Made by a program: the position numbers and the translations under genes. The notes below the pieces were generated by a model. It searched no databases. It saw only the letters and a program-made list of their open reading frames with translations, and was not told the DNA's origin. Below, piece after piece: positions 12,083 through 21,964 of a stretch of DNA of 64,000 nt (positions are counted from its first letter, which is position 1; every line of letters begins with the position of its first letter). Origin of the DNA: an uncultured Gammaproteobacteria bacterium (GTDB taxonomy: Bacteria; Pseudomonadota; Gammaproteobacteria; CAWCPV01); the NCBI GenBank assembly GCA_963797555.1, contig CAWCPV010000006.1, positions 82,662-146,661 on the forward strand, written 5' to 3'.

Positions 12083-12355
12083 ATGACATCCAGATCATCC
12101 TGCGCTCATCTCGGCGCCATTACGACGGTCACACACGCGAAACGCCGGGAGTGCGATGAGTGTGTGAAGATCGGCGCAAGATGGGTCCATCTGCGGACCT
12201 GTCAGGAGTGCGGCACGACGCTGTGCTGCGACGATTCGCCAAACCGCCACGCGACCAAGCACGCGCACGGCAGTGGGCACCCCGTGGTAGCCTCGGCGGA
12301 GCCCGGGGAGCGGTGGCTGTACTGCTATCCGGACGACGCCTTCGCGGAATACTGA
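12083..12355 (+). CDS. UBP-type zinc finger protein
   Basis: CAHL...CDEC...HLRTCQECG..CCD.SP.RHA..H...HP.....EPGERW..CY pattern. Confidence 0.9.
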   Translation: MTSRSSCAHLGAITTVTHAKRRECDECVKIGARWVHLRTCQECGTTLCCDDSPNRHATKHAHGSGHPVVASAEPGERWLYCYPDDAFAEY

Positions 12356-12418
12356 AGTCAGGCGCAAATAAAGAAAGTGGGATTCTAGATCCGCCACAAA
12401 AAGGGCTTCCGCCTGCCG

Positions 12419-13747
12419 TCAGTTCGGCGCCGTCTTGGGGATCGCGAAGGCCGGCACGCAGGTCAGCAACGTCAGTGCCGCGGAGATCAGGAACACGTAA
12501 GGACCCAGGAAACGATACAGCAGGCCCCCGGCGATCAAGCCGATGATGCTGGCCACGGCGGCCAGGCCCCCGGCGATCCCCTGAACTGCCCCCTGCACGT
12601 CACGGCCCGCGGATTTCGCCAGGACCGAGAGCAATGAGGGCCACATTACGCCGTTGCCGAGAGCGAGCAAGGCCGTGCCGATGTAGAGGGTCGCGGTACT
12701 GGCCGAACTGAAAAACGGGAAGCTGGCGGCCAGCACCAGGCTGCCGCCCAGGACCAGGGCACGGTCGGACCAAATTCTCGCGGCGCGCTTCAACACCGGA
12801 CCCTGCACGAGCACCATCATGAAACTCATGGCCGAAAAAAACACGCCGGTTTCGGCGAGCGACCAGTGGATCCCGGTGGCCGCGTACACCGGAAAGCTGA
12901 CGTAAAACAAATTGAAGGCGAGGAACACCAGGAAGTACAGCGCGAGTAGCAACCCCACCGACGGCAGCGCCAGGATCTCGATGATCGACAGTTTCGGCGC
13001 GGCCGTCAGCCGAAAACGCGCCTTGTGATCCTGGCCGAGGACCTTGCGCACACTGACCCCCTCCGGGTCGCTCCGCAATACGCAGGGATCGGTCTCCGGG
13101 AGCCACCAGGCGATCATCAGGCTCGCCACCACCGAGATGACGAACGCGGCCAGGACTGGCAACGTCGCCCCCGCCAACGTCGCGCCCAGCGCGCCGGCGA
13201 TCGCCGGCCCCAAAATGAACCCGAGGTTCGCCGACACCGCCATTTTGCCGAAATTGGCGCTGCGGTTCGTGTCATCGCTGATGTCCGCCAGGTAGGCGTT
13301 CGCAACCGACGCATTGCCTCCCGTGAGCCCGTCCAACGCCCGCGCGAAAAAAAGCACCACGAGCGGTGCCGTGAGCGTGAACGCGCCGAGCAGCGCGGAG
13401 TGCACTTCAAGCAAGGGCCGGACCGGAAGCCAGAGCGCCACCAGAAAGATCCCCCAGGAGACGAGGGTCCCGACTTGACTCAGCAGCAGGATGCGCCGCC
13501 GCCCGTAGCGATCCGACCAACGCCCCAGCACCGGCGCGCCGAAGAGTTGGAAGATGGAGTAAGTCGCCCCCACGGCACCGTAGACGAGCGCGTCCCCCCC
13601 GAGCTTCGTGACGAGAAAGACCAGAAACGGCAGCACGATACTGAAACCCAGAGTGCCGACGAAGTTGACTGCCAGGATCGGGTAGATCGACGTACGGCTG
13701 GACAGCTTGGTCCCGACTCCCTTCGCTGGGTCGGACCTGACGATCAT
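12419..13747 (-). CDS. MFS transporter (TetA-like)
   Basis: About 12 TM helices; motif A GRWSDRYGRR; RALDGLTGG; LGPAIAG. Confidence 0.9.
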   Translation of the reverse strand: MIVRSDPAKGVGTKLSSRTSIYPILAVNFVGTLGFSIVLPFLVFLVTKLGGDALVYGAVGATYSIFQLFGAPVLGRWSDRYGRRRILLLSQVGTLVSWGIFLVALWLPVRPLLEVHSALLGAFTLTAPLVVLFFARALDGLTGGNASVANAYLADISDDTNRSANFGKMAVSANLGFILGPAIAGALGATLAGATLPVLAAFVISVVASLMIAWWLPETDPCVLRSDPEGVSVRKVLGQDHKARFRLTAAPKLSIIEILALPSVGLLLALYFLVFLAFNLFYVSFPVYAATGIHWSLAETGVFFSAMSFMMVLVQGPVLKRAARIWSDRALVLGGSLVLAASFPFFSSASTATLYIGTALLALGNGVMWPSLLSVLAKSAGRDVQGAVQGIAGGLAAVASIIGLIAGGLLYRFLGPYVFLISAALTLLTCVPAFAIPKTAPN

Positions 13748-13954
13748 TGCGTCTGACGCCGCCCCTGATGATGAAAGAAGCTCAAGGGTGGGAAACGCCG
13801 AGAGAGGTCGCACAAGTTTTTGGCGGCTCGACCCCGCAGAATAACGTGACCCGCCGACTCGTACCCCGGATTGCTGCCATAGAAAGCGCACGCCAAAAAG
13901 GCCGCCGGCGGCTCGCCGCCTTCAGGCTTATTCGGTCCCAGCATCCGCCGTGCC

Positions 13955-14273
13955 GGCGCCTGAAAGCCGAAGAACTGTTCGAAGCCCGTATCGGCCGCTT
14001 CGATGCCCGGCCGCTCTTAGCGCTCAAGGAGAAGCGCAACAGCCTGCTCTTTCCTGCAGACCGTGGCTGGCGTTGATCTCATCGGCGCCATGCCTACCGG
14101 ACCGGCAGGGGGGCCTGCTCCTGGTGGAGATCGTGCGCCGTATCAGCCTCTTCGGCTATGCGGACCACCCGGCTTCCTGGGTGGGCATCTGCCCCGGCAA
14201 CGATGTATCTGCCGGCAAGCGCAAATCGGGACGCTCCCTGAATGGCAACCCCCAAGCCGATCCCTCTGCCTAG
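13955..14273 (+). pseudogene. IS110-family transposase remnant
   Basis: Across frames: GVDLIGA..LLVEI...ASWVGICPGNDVSAGKRKSGR. Confidence 0.7.
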
Positions 14274-14589
14274 ACCAATAGCGGGCAGACTATTTCCTGC
14301 AGAACCGGACAGGTCTATTCGTTTGACGACACCACCCGCCGTTGGTCCGCCCGCGGTGGGCTGTTCGGCCAGCGCGGTCGCCGGGTACCCGGCAGTTCCC
14401 AGAAATGTCCGCGACCTTGCACTCCGGGTGAAAGATTCCCCGTCTAGCGCTCGCCGTTTCTGCTCGCCGGCGACCGTGGGTCGGAGCTTCGATTGGGGTA
14501 TCATGGAGCGGGTCACGGCCCGATACTCATCCCGCAAACCGGGCTTGTGCGGCGTACGTACCTCACGGTCCTGCCCCACGAGATTGTTT

Positions 14590-15603
14590 ATGCTGGTCGC
14601 TCTCAGCCTGATCGGTGCCCTGCTCCTTATCCTCGCGGCTGCGGAAGTCTTCACCAACGCCTTGGAACATCTGGGAGAACGTCTCAACATCTCCGAGGGC
14701 GTGACGGGATCTGTTTTTGCGGCGGTCGCGACCGCGCTGCCGGAAACCACGGTGCCGCTGCTGGCGATATTTGGGGGAACGCCGGATCAACACCTCAACG
14801 AGGAGATCGGCGTCGGCGCCATACTGGGCGCACCGCTGATGTTGTCCACGCTCGCCATGGGGCTCCTCGCCCTGTTCAGTCTGCGCAGTCGCGGCACGCG
14901 CGGAACGTTCGATCCGGAGCCAAGTGGTATCGAGCGGGACCTGGATTTCTTTGTGCTGGCGTTCCTGTTGGCTGCGCTCGCCTTGTTTGTGCCCCACCAT
15001 GTGAGCTTGCTGCGTGCGCTCCTAGCGATGGCCTTGGTGCTGACCTACTTCGTCTACCTTCTCCTCACCGTGAGGGCCTCGACCAAGCTAGTGGAAAGCG
15101 GCCACGGGACCCAAGCGCACGAATCCATGCTGCTGAGCAGGCTAGGTCTGCCCGAGAACCTCGCCACCATCATCTCCCAGCTTCTAGGAGGGCTGGCCCT
15201 CCTCCTGGCAGGAGCCAAGGGGTTCATACACGGGATACAGCAGGCATCTGCTCTACTCGGCGTGTCGGCCTTGCTGCTATCCTTGCTCATCATTCCGGTT
15301 GCGACGGAACTTCCCGAGAAAGTCAACAGCATCCTCTGGATACGGCGCCGCAAGGACACACTCGCCTTCGCGAACGTCACCGGTGCCATGGTCTTCCAGG
15401 GAACGCTGCTACCCGCCATCGGCATCATGCTCACCCCTTGGGAAGCTCGCATTGAAGTGCTCACCGGCGTCCTCGTCACGCTGGCCGCTGCGTTGTGGCT
15501 GCGTCTGCGGGTTCGAGCGGGGCCCTTGTGCGTGTATCACCTCGCGGTAAATGGGGTGCTGTACGTCACATACCTGACCATCACTCTTGCTTGGGGGCGC
15601 TGA
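14590..15603 (+). CDS. Sodium:calcium antiporter (CaCA family)
   Basis: Alpha repeats ATALPET and ATELPEK; multiple TM helices. Confidence 0.88.
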   Translation: MLVALSLIGALLLILAAAEVFTNALEHLGERLNISEGVTGSVFAAVATALPETTVPLLAIFGGTPDQHLNEEIGVGAILGAPLMLSTLAMGLLALFSLRSRGTRGTFDPEPSGIERDLDFFVLAFLLAALALFVPHHVSLLRALLAMALVLTYFVYLLLTVRASTKLVESGHGTQAHESMLLSRLGLPENLATIISQLLGGLALLLAGAKGFIHGIQQASALLGVSALLLSLLIIPVATELPEKVNSILWIRRRKDTLAFANVTGAMVFQGTLLPAIGIMLTPWEARIEVLTGVLVTLAAALWLRLRVRAGPLCVYHLAVNGVLYVTYLTITLAWGR

Positions 15604-15635
15604 CAGCCCTCACCCGATTTACCTCCGCGAGGGGG

Positions 15636-16784
15636 TCAGTCGCACTCGTGATCCAGAGTTCCAACGTCTTCACCAGCCAACTGCCGTCTCACGATCTCGA
15701 CGTCAAGGTCATGCAGGGTAAACGGGAAGGAGCGGATGTCCGAAGGGCTGGAATCGCCGTACGGGCGGTTGCAGGCAGAGACTTCGCGGTCTGTCTTTCC
15801 TGGACAGCCGGAGGTTCGGAACGGTTTCCCCGAACGGATGAGAGTCTCGACTTCGGCGGGGGAAAATCCGAAGTCCACCACTTGGCCCGCGGCGTTGAAG
15901 CGCATGTCCTCGACCCGGCCGCCGACATAATCGATGATGAAGCGCCCGAGCTGCACTCTGCGCCATTGATCTCTCGGGACCGGTCCCCAGTCTTCCATTA
16001 AGGAGCCCCGCTCGGGAAAGAAGGCAAATATGTGGTTGTGGCCGCCCATGTCGGTGATGCGTTGCGCCACCGTGAGAATCTCCTGCTCGGTCTCCCCCAT
16101 CCCGCAGATGAGGTGGGCGCCGAAGCGCTCCGGGCCGAAGATCTCCGCCGCCCACTCAATGGCCTGCCAATAGCGTTCCCAGGTGTGGGGGCTGTCCACG
16201 GTCTTTCCACGCGTGCGCTCGAAGATCTCTGGGGTGACGGCATCCAGGGCCACCGTGAAGATCTGCGCGCCCTCGTTGCGCAGGCGCACGATGTCGTCGT
16301 GGTTCAAAGTCGTCGGATTGGAGAGGATGGATACTGGAACATCGGGCACCTCCTTCATCCACCGCTTGAGCATCACCAATGTGTCGCAGTCCGAGTTGGG
16401 GTGCGTAATCATGGAGATACACATGCGCTCGAAAGCGCCACCGTCGTGGCTGGACCGGACCCGCTCGATCACTTCCTCATAGCGCGCGGTGGGCCAGTCT
16501 ACCCGGATGAAGTTCCGGTCGGCGTAATCCCGCGACTCCTCCCGATGACGCGCCAGTCCGCAGTAGCTGCAGTTGGCGCGACAGCCCTCCGGATAGGTTA
16601 CCAAGAGGTTCAGGCAATGGGTGCAAGAGGTTCGGTGCATGACGCCGGGCACGAGCCCCAGGGTGATCGCCGCCGCTGTCGACATCTGCACGTACTCTGG
16701 CGAGCGCATGTCAGGTGTCTTTACGTGGTAGTTCGGCCGATAGAAATTCAGCGGCGCCACCAAGTTCTCAGCCGGTTTGCTCAT
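15636..16784 (-). CDS. lipS2: Radical SAM lipoyl synthase subunit LipS2
   Basis: CRANCSYC; C-terminal TSGCPG...CNRP signature; cluster context. Confidence 0.85.
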   Translation of the reverse strand: MSKPAENLVAPLNFYRPNYHVKTPDMRSPEYVQMSTAAAITLGLVPGVMHRTSCTHCLNLLVTYPEGCRANCSYCGLARHREESRDYADRNFIRVDWPTARYEEVIERVRSSHDGGAFERMCISMITHPNSDCDTLVMLKRWMKEVPDVPVSILSNPTTLNHDDIVRLRNEGAQIFTVALDAVTPEIFERTRGKTVDSPHTWERYWQAIEWAAEIFGPERFGAHLICGMGETEQEILTVAQRITDMGGHNHIFAFFPERGSLMEDWGPVPRDQWRRVQLGRFIIDYVGGRVEDMRFNAAGQVVDFGFSPAEVETLIRSGKPFRTSGCPGKTDREVSACNRPYGDSSPSDIRSFPFTLHDLDVEIVRRQLAGEDVGTLDHECD

Positions 16785-16813
16785 GTCGCTCCTCCGCCAC
16801 GTTCCCGTATCGC

Positions 16814-17905
16814 CTACGCGTCGAAATACTCCTCGAAGGCGATCCATCCGCGCCGCATGACGCTGTCCTTGTGGGCCGCGGACGTTCTCCAGCAGCCGTC
16901 CAGATAGCGGCGGGCACGGACCGCCCGCGACAGGGTGTTCTCGAACTGGTCGCGTAGGTCCTCCTCGAAGTGCTCGAGGGCCTTCTTCCCGCGGCCGCCG
17001 AGGAACTCCGCGACCGCCCGGCCTGCACTTTCCCCGGAGACGACCGCCGCGGCAATGCCGGCACCCGTGATCGGATGGGTCAGGCCCGCCGCATCCCCTA
17101 CGAACAAGGCCGCGCCCTCCACCAGCCGCGGGCGAAGCCCGCCTACTGGAATCGCACCGCCGGTGCGCGCAAGAGTTCTGTACTTGATGCGACCCTCAGC
17201 GGCCAACCGCCTCACCAGAGTATCGAGGGGCCCTTTGAGGTCGCGTTGAAAGCCTCTGTCCACCCCGATCCCGACGTTGGCGACCGCGCCCTTGGGAAAC
17301 AGCCATGCATAGCCGCCCGGGAAAGCATCCGACAACCAGATGTCCGTCTTTCTGTAGACGCTCGCCAGCGGAACACGGTACTGCCGGGTGTGAACCAGCG
17401 GCAAAGGGTCCAGCCCCATCAGCGCAGCCACGGAAGAACGCGGCCCGTCAGCCGCGATCAACGTCCTGTAGCCGAGCGCAGACGGCAGCCCGTCCGGCGG
17501 CCTCCGCACCCAGGCCACCTTCCTCACGCCATCAACGCCCTCCAGGACAACGCCCGCCATGAGGCGAGCTCCGGCACGGCACGCTCGGGCCGCGATGGCG
17601 CGATCGAAGGTCGGGCGGTCGATCATCAGGCCGGGGAACGGGGATGACTCCACGGCACCAGAGGGCAGCACCGTTTCCATTCCCTCGATGCGCTGCACTG
17701 TGACGCCGTCATCCTGTGCGAAGGGGGACATGGGCAGCGGGATGAACTCGGCGCACTGAACGGGTTCGCCCAACTGCCGCCGTTTCTCTATCCCCACGAC
17801 CGCCAGTCCCGCCCGAGCCGCCACTGCGGCCGCGCTGGCACCCGCCGGCCCCAGCCCGACCACCAGCAGGTCAACGGTGGACACGCCGCTCCGGAAATCC
17901 GGCAT
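16814..17905 (-). CDS. lipT: FAD-dependent geranylgeranyl-reductase-like oxidoreductase LipT
   Basis: GLGPAG, PVQCAE, GGYAWLFPKG, GDAAGLTHPITGAGI; lies between the ligase and LipS2. Confidence 0.8.
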   Translation of the reverse strand: MPDFRSGVSTVDLLVVGLGPAGASAAAVAARAGLAVVGIEKRRQLGEPVQCAEFIPLPMSPFAQDDGVTVQRIEGMETVLPSGAVESSPFPGLMIDRPTFDRAIAARACRAGARLMAGVVLEGVDGVRKVAWVRRPPDGLPSALGYRTLIAADGPRSSVAALMGLDPLPLVHTRQYRVPLASVYRKTDIWLSDAFPGGYAWLFPKGAVANVGIGVDRGFQRDLKGPLDTLVRRLAAEGRIKYRTLARTGGAIPVGGLRPRLVEGAALFVGDAAGLTHPITGAGIAAAVVSGESAGRAVAEFLGGRGKKALEHFEEDLRDQFENTLSRAVRARRYLDGCWRTSAAHKDSVMRRGWIAFEEYFDA

Positions 17906-18953
17906 TAGCCAGCGCCGCAAGGACCGGCGCTAGGAAGTCCTCACGGGTCATCAGGAGCATCTCGGCGGAATGGCTGTCGAAGAACCCGTGCAGCCGTGGC
18001 CGCAGCTGGGTCAGCGGAGTGTCGCGCAGCGCGGCCTCCAAGTCTAGAACCGCACGCCGCGGGTTGACGAAGAAGTCGCCGCTGTACCAGACCTGTTTAA
18101 CGCACTCCTTGTGGGCGTCGTAGAGAACCTGAGCGCGCAGCGACCCCCCGGGGCAGCGATGCAGGGCCTCGAGCAGAGGCGCTTCAACCCGGGGCCGATC
18201 TGCGCACCATACCCAGTCCCGATGTCCGATCTCGGACAATGCCTCTCGGTATCGCTCTTCCTCCGCGGCCATCAGACCACCCTCATCGAGCCGCACCCCG
18301 AACTCCTCCCGGAAGGCACCCGTCAGACAGCGCTGAACCTCTTCCAGGCCCACTTCCCGGCCCAGCAATTCCCGGAGGTTGGACACCCGCTCGCGCGCCG
18401 AGCGGATCGCTTTATGGTTGAGCTTCTCCGCCGGGACGCGTAGCGCGCACAGCATTTTCTGCACGTCGAACTCGACCAGCAGCGTCCCTTGGAACAGCAA
18501 CGAGTCCCCGTCGAATGCTCCGCCTGTCCCGGACACCTTGCGGCCGGCAACCTCGATGTCGTTGCGGGGGCGATAGCACGCGTCCACGCCCAGACTCCGG
18601 ATACCCCGTGCCGCCGCCTCGCACAGCCTGCGGGAGATCGCCGCCATGTCCCCGGTACCGAGCAGCGGCTTATCCAGGAAAAGCTCCCAGCCAAGCTGGG
18701 TCTCATCGAAGTAGATCGCTCCGCCACCGGTGATGCGCCGCTGAATCTCGACCCCATGGGAAACGCAGTACTCGACGTGCAGTTCCTGGGCGACATGTTG
18801 ATGGAAGCCGACCAGTGCTGAGGGCGTGAAACGCAGGAAACGCAACGTATACGGGGCATCCCCAGCCTGATGGCTCTCCAGGATGGCGCGGTCGAGGGCG
18901 ATGTTCTCGGCCGCCGAGCGCAGGCCGGTATCGAGCAGTCGCCAAGCCTTCAC
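17871..18953 (-). CDS. Lipoate:protein ligase sLpl(AB)
   Basis: WRLLDTG, RRITGGGAIYFD, RPRNDIEVAGRKVSGTG, C-terminal LplB domain GDFF; GTG start with GAGGAG. Confidence 0.9.
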   Translation of the reverse strand: MKAWRLLDTGLRSAAENIALDRAILESHQAGDAPYTLRFLRFTPSALVGFHQHVAQELHVEYCVSHGVEIQRRITGGGAIYFDETQLGWELFLDKPLLGTGDMAAISRRLCEAAARGIRSLGVDACYRPRNDIEVAGRKVSGTGGAFDGDSLLFQGTLLVEFDVQKMLCALRVPAEKLNHKAIRSARERVSNLRELLGREVGLEEVQRCLTGAFREEFGVRLDEGGLMAAEEERYREALSEIGHRDWVWCADRPRVEAPLLEALHRCPGGSLRAQVLYDAHKECVKQVWYSGDFFVNPRRAVLDLEAALRDTPLTQLRPRLHGFFDSHSAEMLLMTREDFLAPVLAALANAGFPERRVHR

Positions 18954-18981
18954 CGGCTTGGCTCCTCGGCCCGCCGAGGCG

Positions 18982-20160
18982 TCATAGCAGCGCGCGGCGA
19001 GTCCGGGCCACGACGGGTATCTCACCCAGGCGCCCCGAGCGAGGTAGAGATCGGTGCCGCCGCTCCTGCTCCAGGATCGACTGGAGATCGATCTCCACGG
19101 CTCCCTTGTCACTGTCCGTGGACATTAACCCTTCCGCCGCTGCCAAGGAGCAGCACGAGGCGCGCACCCGCACTGTCCGTCCCAGGCGTGCGGCCAACTC
19201 CACGACGCCTTCGGCCGGGTGGGCGATGCCGTCCAGCCCGGCCATGACCGCGTAGCTGTCGATCCGCTGCTTGGCCGTCCCCGGTGGACGGGCGCAACCG
19301 AGCAGCAGGGGCATGTCGGGCAGCGCTCCGCGGACATCCGTGAAGAACCGTCCCACCTGGTGGGTATCCGGGGTATCGAACGGGCGCTGCCGCGGCGCGT
19401 AAAAAGGCATGACCACCACCAAGACCAAGGCGTCCGGCCGATGCCGCTGGACCATCTCCAGGGCAACCCACTCCCCGAGCAAGTGACCATAATGCAGGCC
19501 CAGGACAATGTGCGGCACCACCTTCATGCGAGTGGCCACCAGTGCCGCAAGGGTTTGCTCGAAGTCCTCTACGCTTCGCTTCAAATGGTAAACCTGGGTG
19601 ATGGTATCCTGGGCACCGATCACGTCCATCATGGCCACATCGATACCAGCATGCTCCATGGCGAGCGCCGTGTCCTCGTTTACCAGCGCCGTATGGACCG
19701 TGATGCGGAACTCCGGGAAGGAGTCCTTGATGCGCCGGATGGTCGAGTAGAACGGCGCGTAGTGGACCTCGTTGCGACGGCTCGATCCCCCGGTCAGCAG
19801 CATACCCTGGGCGCCGTGGTCGACCAGCTCCGTGACCCTATTCCACAGCTCCTGTGGCGTTCGTGCCGGGATCATCGGCCCCAAGACCTTGGCCTTACAG
19901 TGATCGCATTGGAGCTCACAGTCTCCGCCGGTGATGGAGATCGCGGGCCAGGAAGCCTTGGCACAGGCGGACAGCTCGGAACTCTGGAATGTTTTGAACG
20001 TAGGAGTATAAAAGCAGATGGGCGGAAGTGGCTGTCCTGATGGGCGTTGCCAGCGGGCCTGGATATCCGCGATGAGAGCCGGGTCTAGGCCCGCATCTTC
20101 CAGCGGCTCGACCCGCTGAACGACTTCGGGCCAGGGGGTCGCCGCGCCGTCAGCAGCCAC
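18982..20160 (-). CDS. lipS1: Radical SAM lipoyl synthase subunit LipS1 (start uncertain)
   Basis: CELQCDHC, LGCARP and SCCS motifs; PHIVLGLHYG. Confidence 0.85.
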   Translation of the reverse strand: MAADGAATPWPEVVQRVEPLEDAGLDPALIADIQARWQRPSGQPLPPICFYTPTFKTFQSSELSACAKASWPAISITGGDCELQCDHCKAKVLGPMIPARTPQELWNRVTELVDHGAQGMLLTGGSSRRNEVHYAPFYSTIRRIKDSFPEFRITVHTALVNEDTALAMEHAGIDVAMMDVIGAQDTITQVYHLKRSVEDFEQTLAALVATRMKVVPHIVLGLHYGHLLGEWVALEMVQRHRPDALVLVVVMPFYAPRQRPFDTPDTHQVGRFFTDVRGALPDMPLLLGCARPPGTAKQRIDSYAVMAGLDGIAHPAEGVVELAARLGRTVRVRASCCSLAAAEGLMSTDSDKGAVEIDLQSILEQERRHRSLPRSGRLGEIPVVARTRRALL

Positions 20161-20587
20161 CGAAGCCCTCGGAGTCCATCTTGGCCTCGAAGGCGGTCAG
20201 TGCATCCCCGCCGGTCTTGAGGTCACCGGACTCCGCCCCCCAGTCGGTTGGCTTGATCTTCACTAGCCATCCCTCCCCGTAGGGACTCTGGTTAATCAGG
20301 CCGGGCTTGGCCTGCACCGCGTCGTTCACCGCGACAATGTCACCGCCCACGGGTGCTTTCACCGGCCCCACCCATTTCCCGGACTCCACCGTGGCGCAGG
20401 ACTTGTCCTTCTTCACATCTTTGCCGACCTTCTTGGGAGTAAAGGACACTATCTGCCCAGCCAGGGAACCGGCGTATGCCGTAAGCCCGACGGTGACATT
20501 GCCGTCCGCCTCCCGACGCGCCCAGACGTTGCTCTCGATGTGATAGTGAAGGTCCTCCGGCAGATTGCACCCGCGCACAACACCCAT
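20150..20587 (-). CDS. lbpA: Lipoate-binding protein LbpA (GcvH-like)
   Basis: Lipoyl-Lys motif VESGKWVGP, N-terminal GC and C-terminal Cys, PYGEGW. Confidence 0.9.
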   Translation of the reverse strand: MGVVRGCNLPEDLHYHIESNVWARREADGNVTVGLTAYAGSLAGQIVSFTPKKVGKDVKKDKSCATVESGKWVGPVKAPVGGDIVAVNDAVQAKPGLINQSPYGEGWLVKIKPTDWGAESGDLKTGGDALTAFEAKMDSEGFGGC

Positions 20588-20631
20588 GGGAACAGTCTCC
20601 TTGCTGGTTGGTTATTGTCCGGCAATCGCCC

Positions 20632-21030
20632 TTAGAAGGTCAAGACCTTGTCGCAGGAAAGAATTAAGTCCGCAAGCACTCCGCCCCCGGACAGTGCGTC
20701 CACCTCGTCGATGATGTCCTTGCTCTCGTCGATATCATAGCCAGGCAGCGCCGGCAGACACAAGTGCAGCTTCACGCCAGCCCTCTTGGCGTCGCGAATG
20801 AATTCGATGATGCGCTTTCCCCCCACCATGGCCGCGAGGCTCTCGGCCACCCCGTTTTCCGCCAGTTGCACAGCCTCCATGGTGAGAAAGATATTTACCT
20901 CGGCATCCATGGCCGCGAGAATAGCGCCTAAGTAGAACGGGGTAGCACAGCGATGAGGCGCGCTTGGACCGCTGGTCATGATGATGACCACCGATCTCGC
21001 CTCGGCCTCTATTAAGTGAACCGGGTCCAC
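20632..21030 (-). CDS. DsrE-family sulfurtransferase-like protein
   Basis: TSGP..PHRCATPF...IFLTMEAV...GVKLHLC...DKVLTF. Confidence 0.8.
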   Translation of the reverse strand: MDPVHLIEAEARSVVIIMTSGPSAPHRCATPFYLGAILAAMDAEVNIFLTMEAVQLAENGVAESLAAMVGGKRIIEFIRDAKRAGVKLHLCLPALPGYDIDESKDIIDEVDALSGGGVLADLILSCDKVLTF

Positions 21031-21032
21031 GG

Positions 21033-21482
21033 TCAGGCTCGATCCTGAGTTCGCTCGCGGTGGACGCCTTTGCCAACCGCGTCGTCGCAGTATCCGCGGC
21101 ACGCCCCATCCCAGGTTCGGAAATCGGGCAGGGCACCGTCCGGCCCGGCCACGGCCTCCACCCTTGCGGCCCATGCATCATAGGCCACCCGGTTGAGCGG
21201 GCTCGGGTCCTCCAGGACGGCACTGTTGGCCATCCGGATCACGCCGACGAAGCAGTGAGGAACCAGCCCCGCCGAGCTGGCGTTCTCAATAGTGCCCACC
21301 GGTTTCTCCGCGGGCCCGCGACTCCGGGACGCCGCGCACAGGGAAAGCGTTGCCGGCAATGTTTCTGGGACATGCCGGTCATTCCGATGCTAAGCGTTCC
21401 ATCCTGCTCCCGGCGCACCCACATCTAGTACTCCTCATCGTAGTACAGGTCACAACGGCTTTCACAGGCCGTTGCACTGCAT
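21033..21482 (-). pseudogene. Second LbpA/GcvH-like gene, degraded
   Basis: MQCNG/CE..DLYYDEEY*MWVRRE.DG.L.IGMT; internal stop and frameshifts; lipoyl motif eroded to IENASSAG. Confidence 0.75.
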
Positions 21483-21732
21483 CCGACCGAAATCCCCTTC
21501 CCTGGGAACGACCGCGGGGGCTTTCGGCGGCTGCACTCCTGCAAGGCTAGCTAGCGAGAATCGCTTGGACGAACCCCCGCTGCTTGAGCAGATCTGGCGT
21601 GTCACCCTCGTTCCCTGGATCCCAGCTTGCGCGGCGACAAGCCCAAGTCGAGGCCCAGGAGCTACGAGAAATACAATATCCTGACGCTGGTGTTGATACC
21701 GAAGACCTTCTCCGCCCGTACTTGGTCCACCT

Positions 21733-21875
21733 CAGGGACTCTTGCGCCGAAGTGTCCTGTCAGCGGTGGGATGTCACAGAGGTTTGGGACGGCGGGGCGT
21801 GCGCAGCGCGAGGTGTGCAGCTTCGGCCGATCCTGCCCGAGGAGCGGGGCCGCTGGGATGCGCTGATGCGCTGGT
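21733..21875 (+). pseudogene. DUF4338-type IS-associated gene remnant
   Basis: GVQLRPILPEERGRWDALMR after a CAGGG end-like sequence; similar remnant near 23065. Confidence 0.5.
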
Positions 21876-21915
21876 ATTTTATCACATCAGATTTATTGTC
21901 CTGCATCCGATGGCC

Positions 21916-21947
21916 AATAATAACCCCGCCTCGGCGGGGTTATTATT
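21916..21947. terminator. Bidirectional intrinsic terminator
   Basis: Perfect hairpin AATAATAACCCCGCC-TC-GGCGGGGTTATTATT downstream of ORF 21965..22864. Confidence 0.8.
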
Positions 21948-21964
21948 AACAGCACATCGCGGCG

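Noticed and set aside
14400-14590. Metal or Na+ riboswitch upstream of the Na/Ca antiporter
   Set aside because: No recognisable consensus by eye; would need an Rfam scan.
20150-20587. Glycine cleavage system H protein
   Set aside because: The ESGKWVG motif, terminal cysteines and lipS1/lipS2 context indicate LbpA; no gcvT or gcvP nearby.
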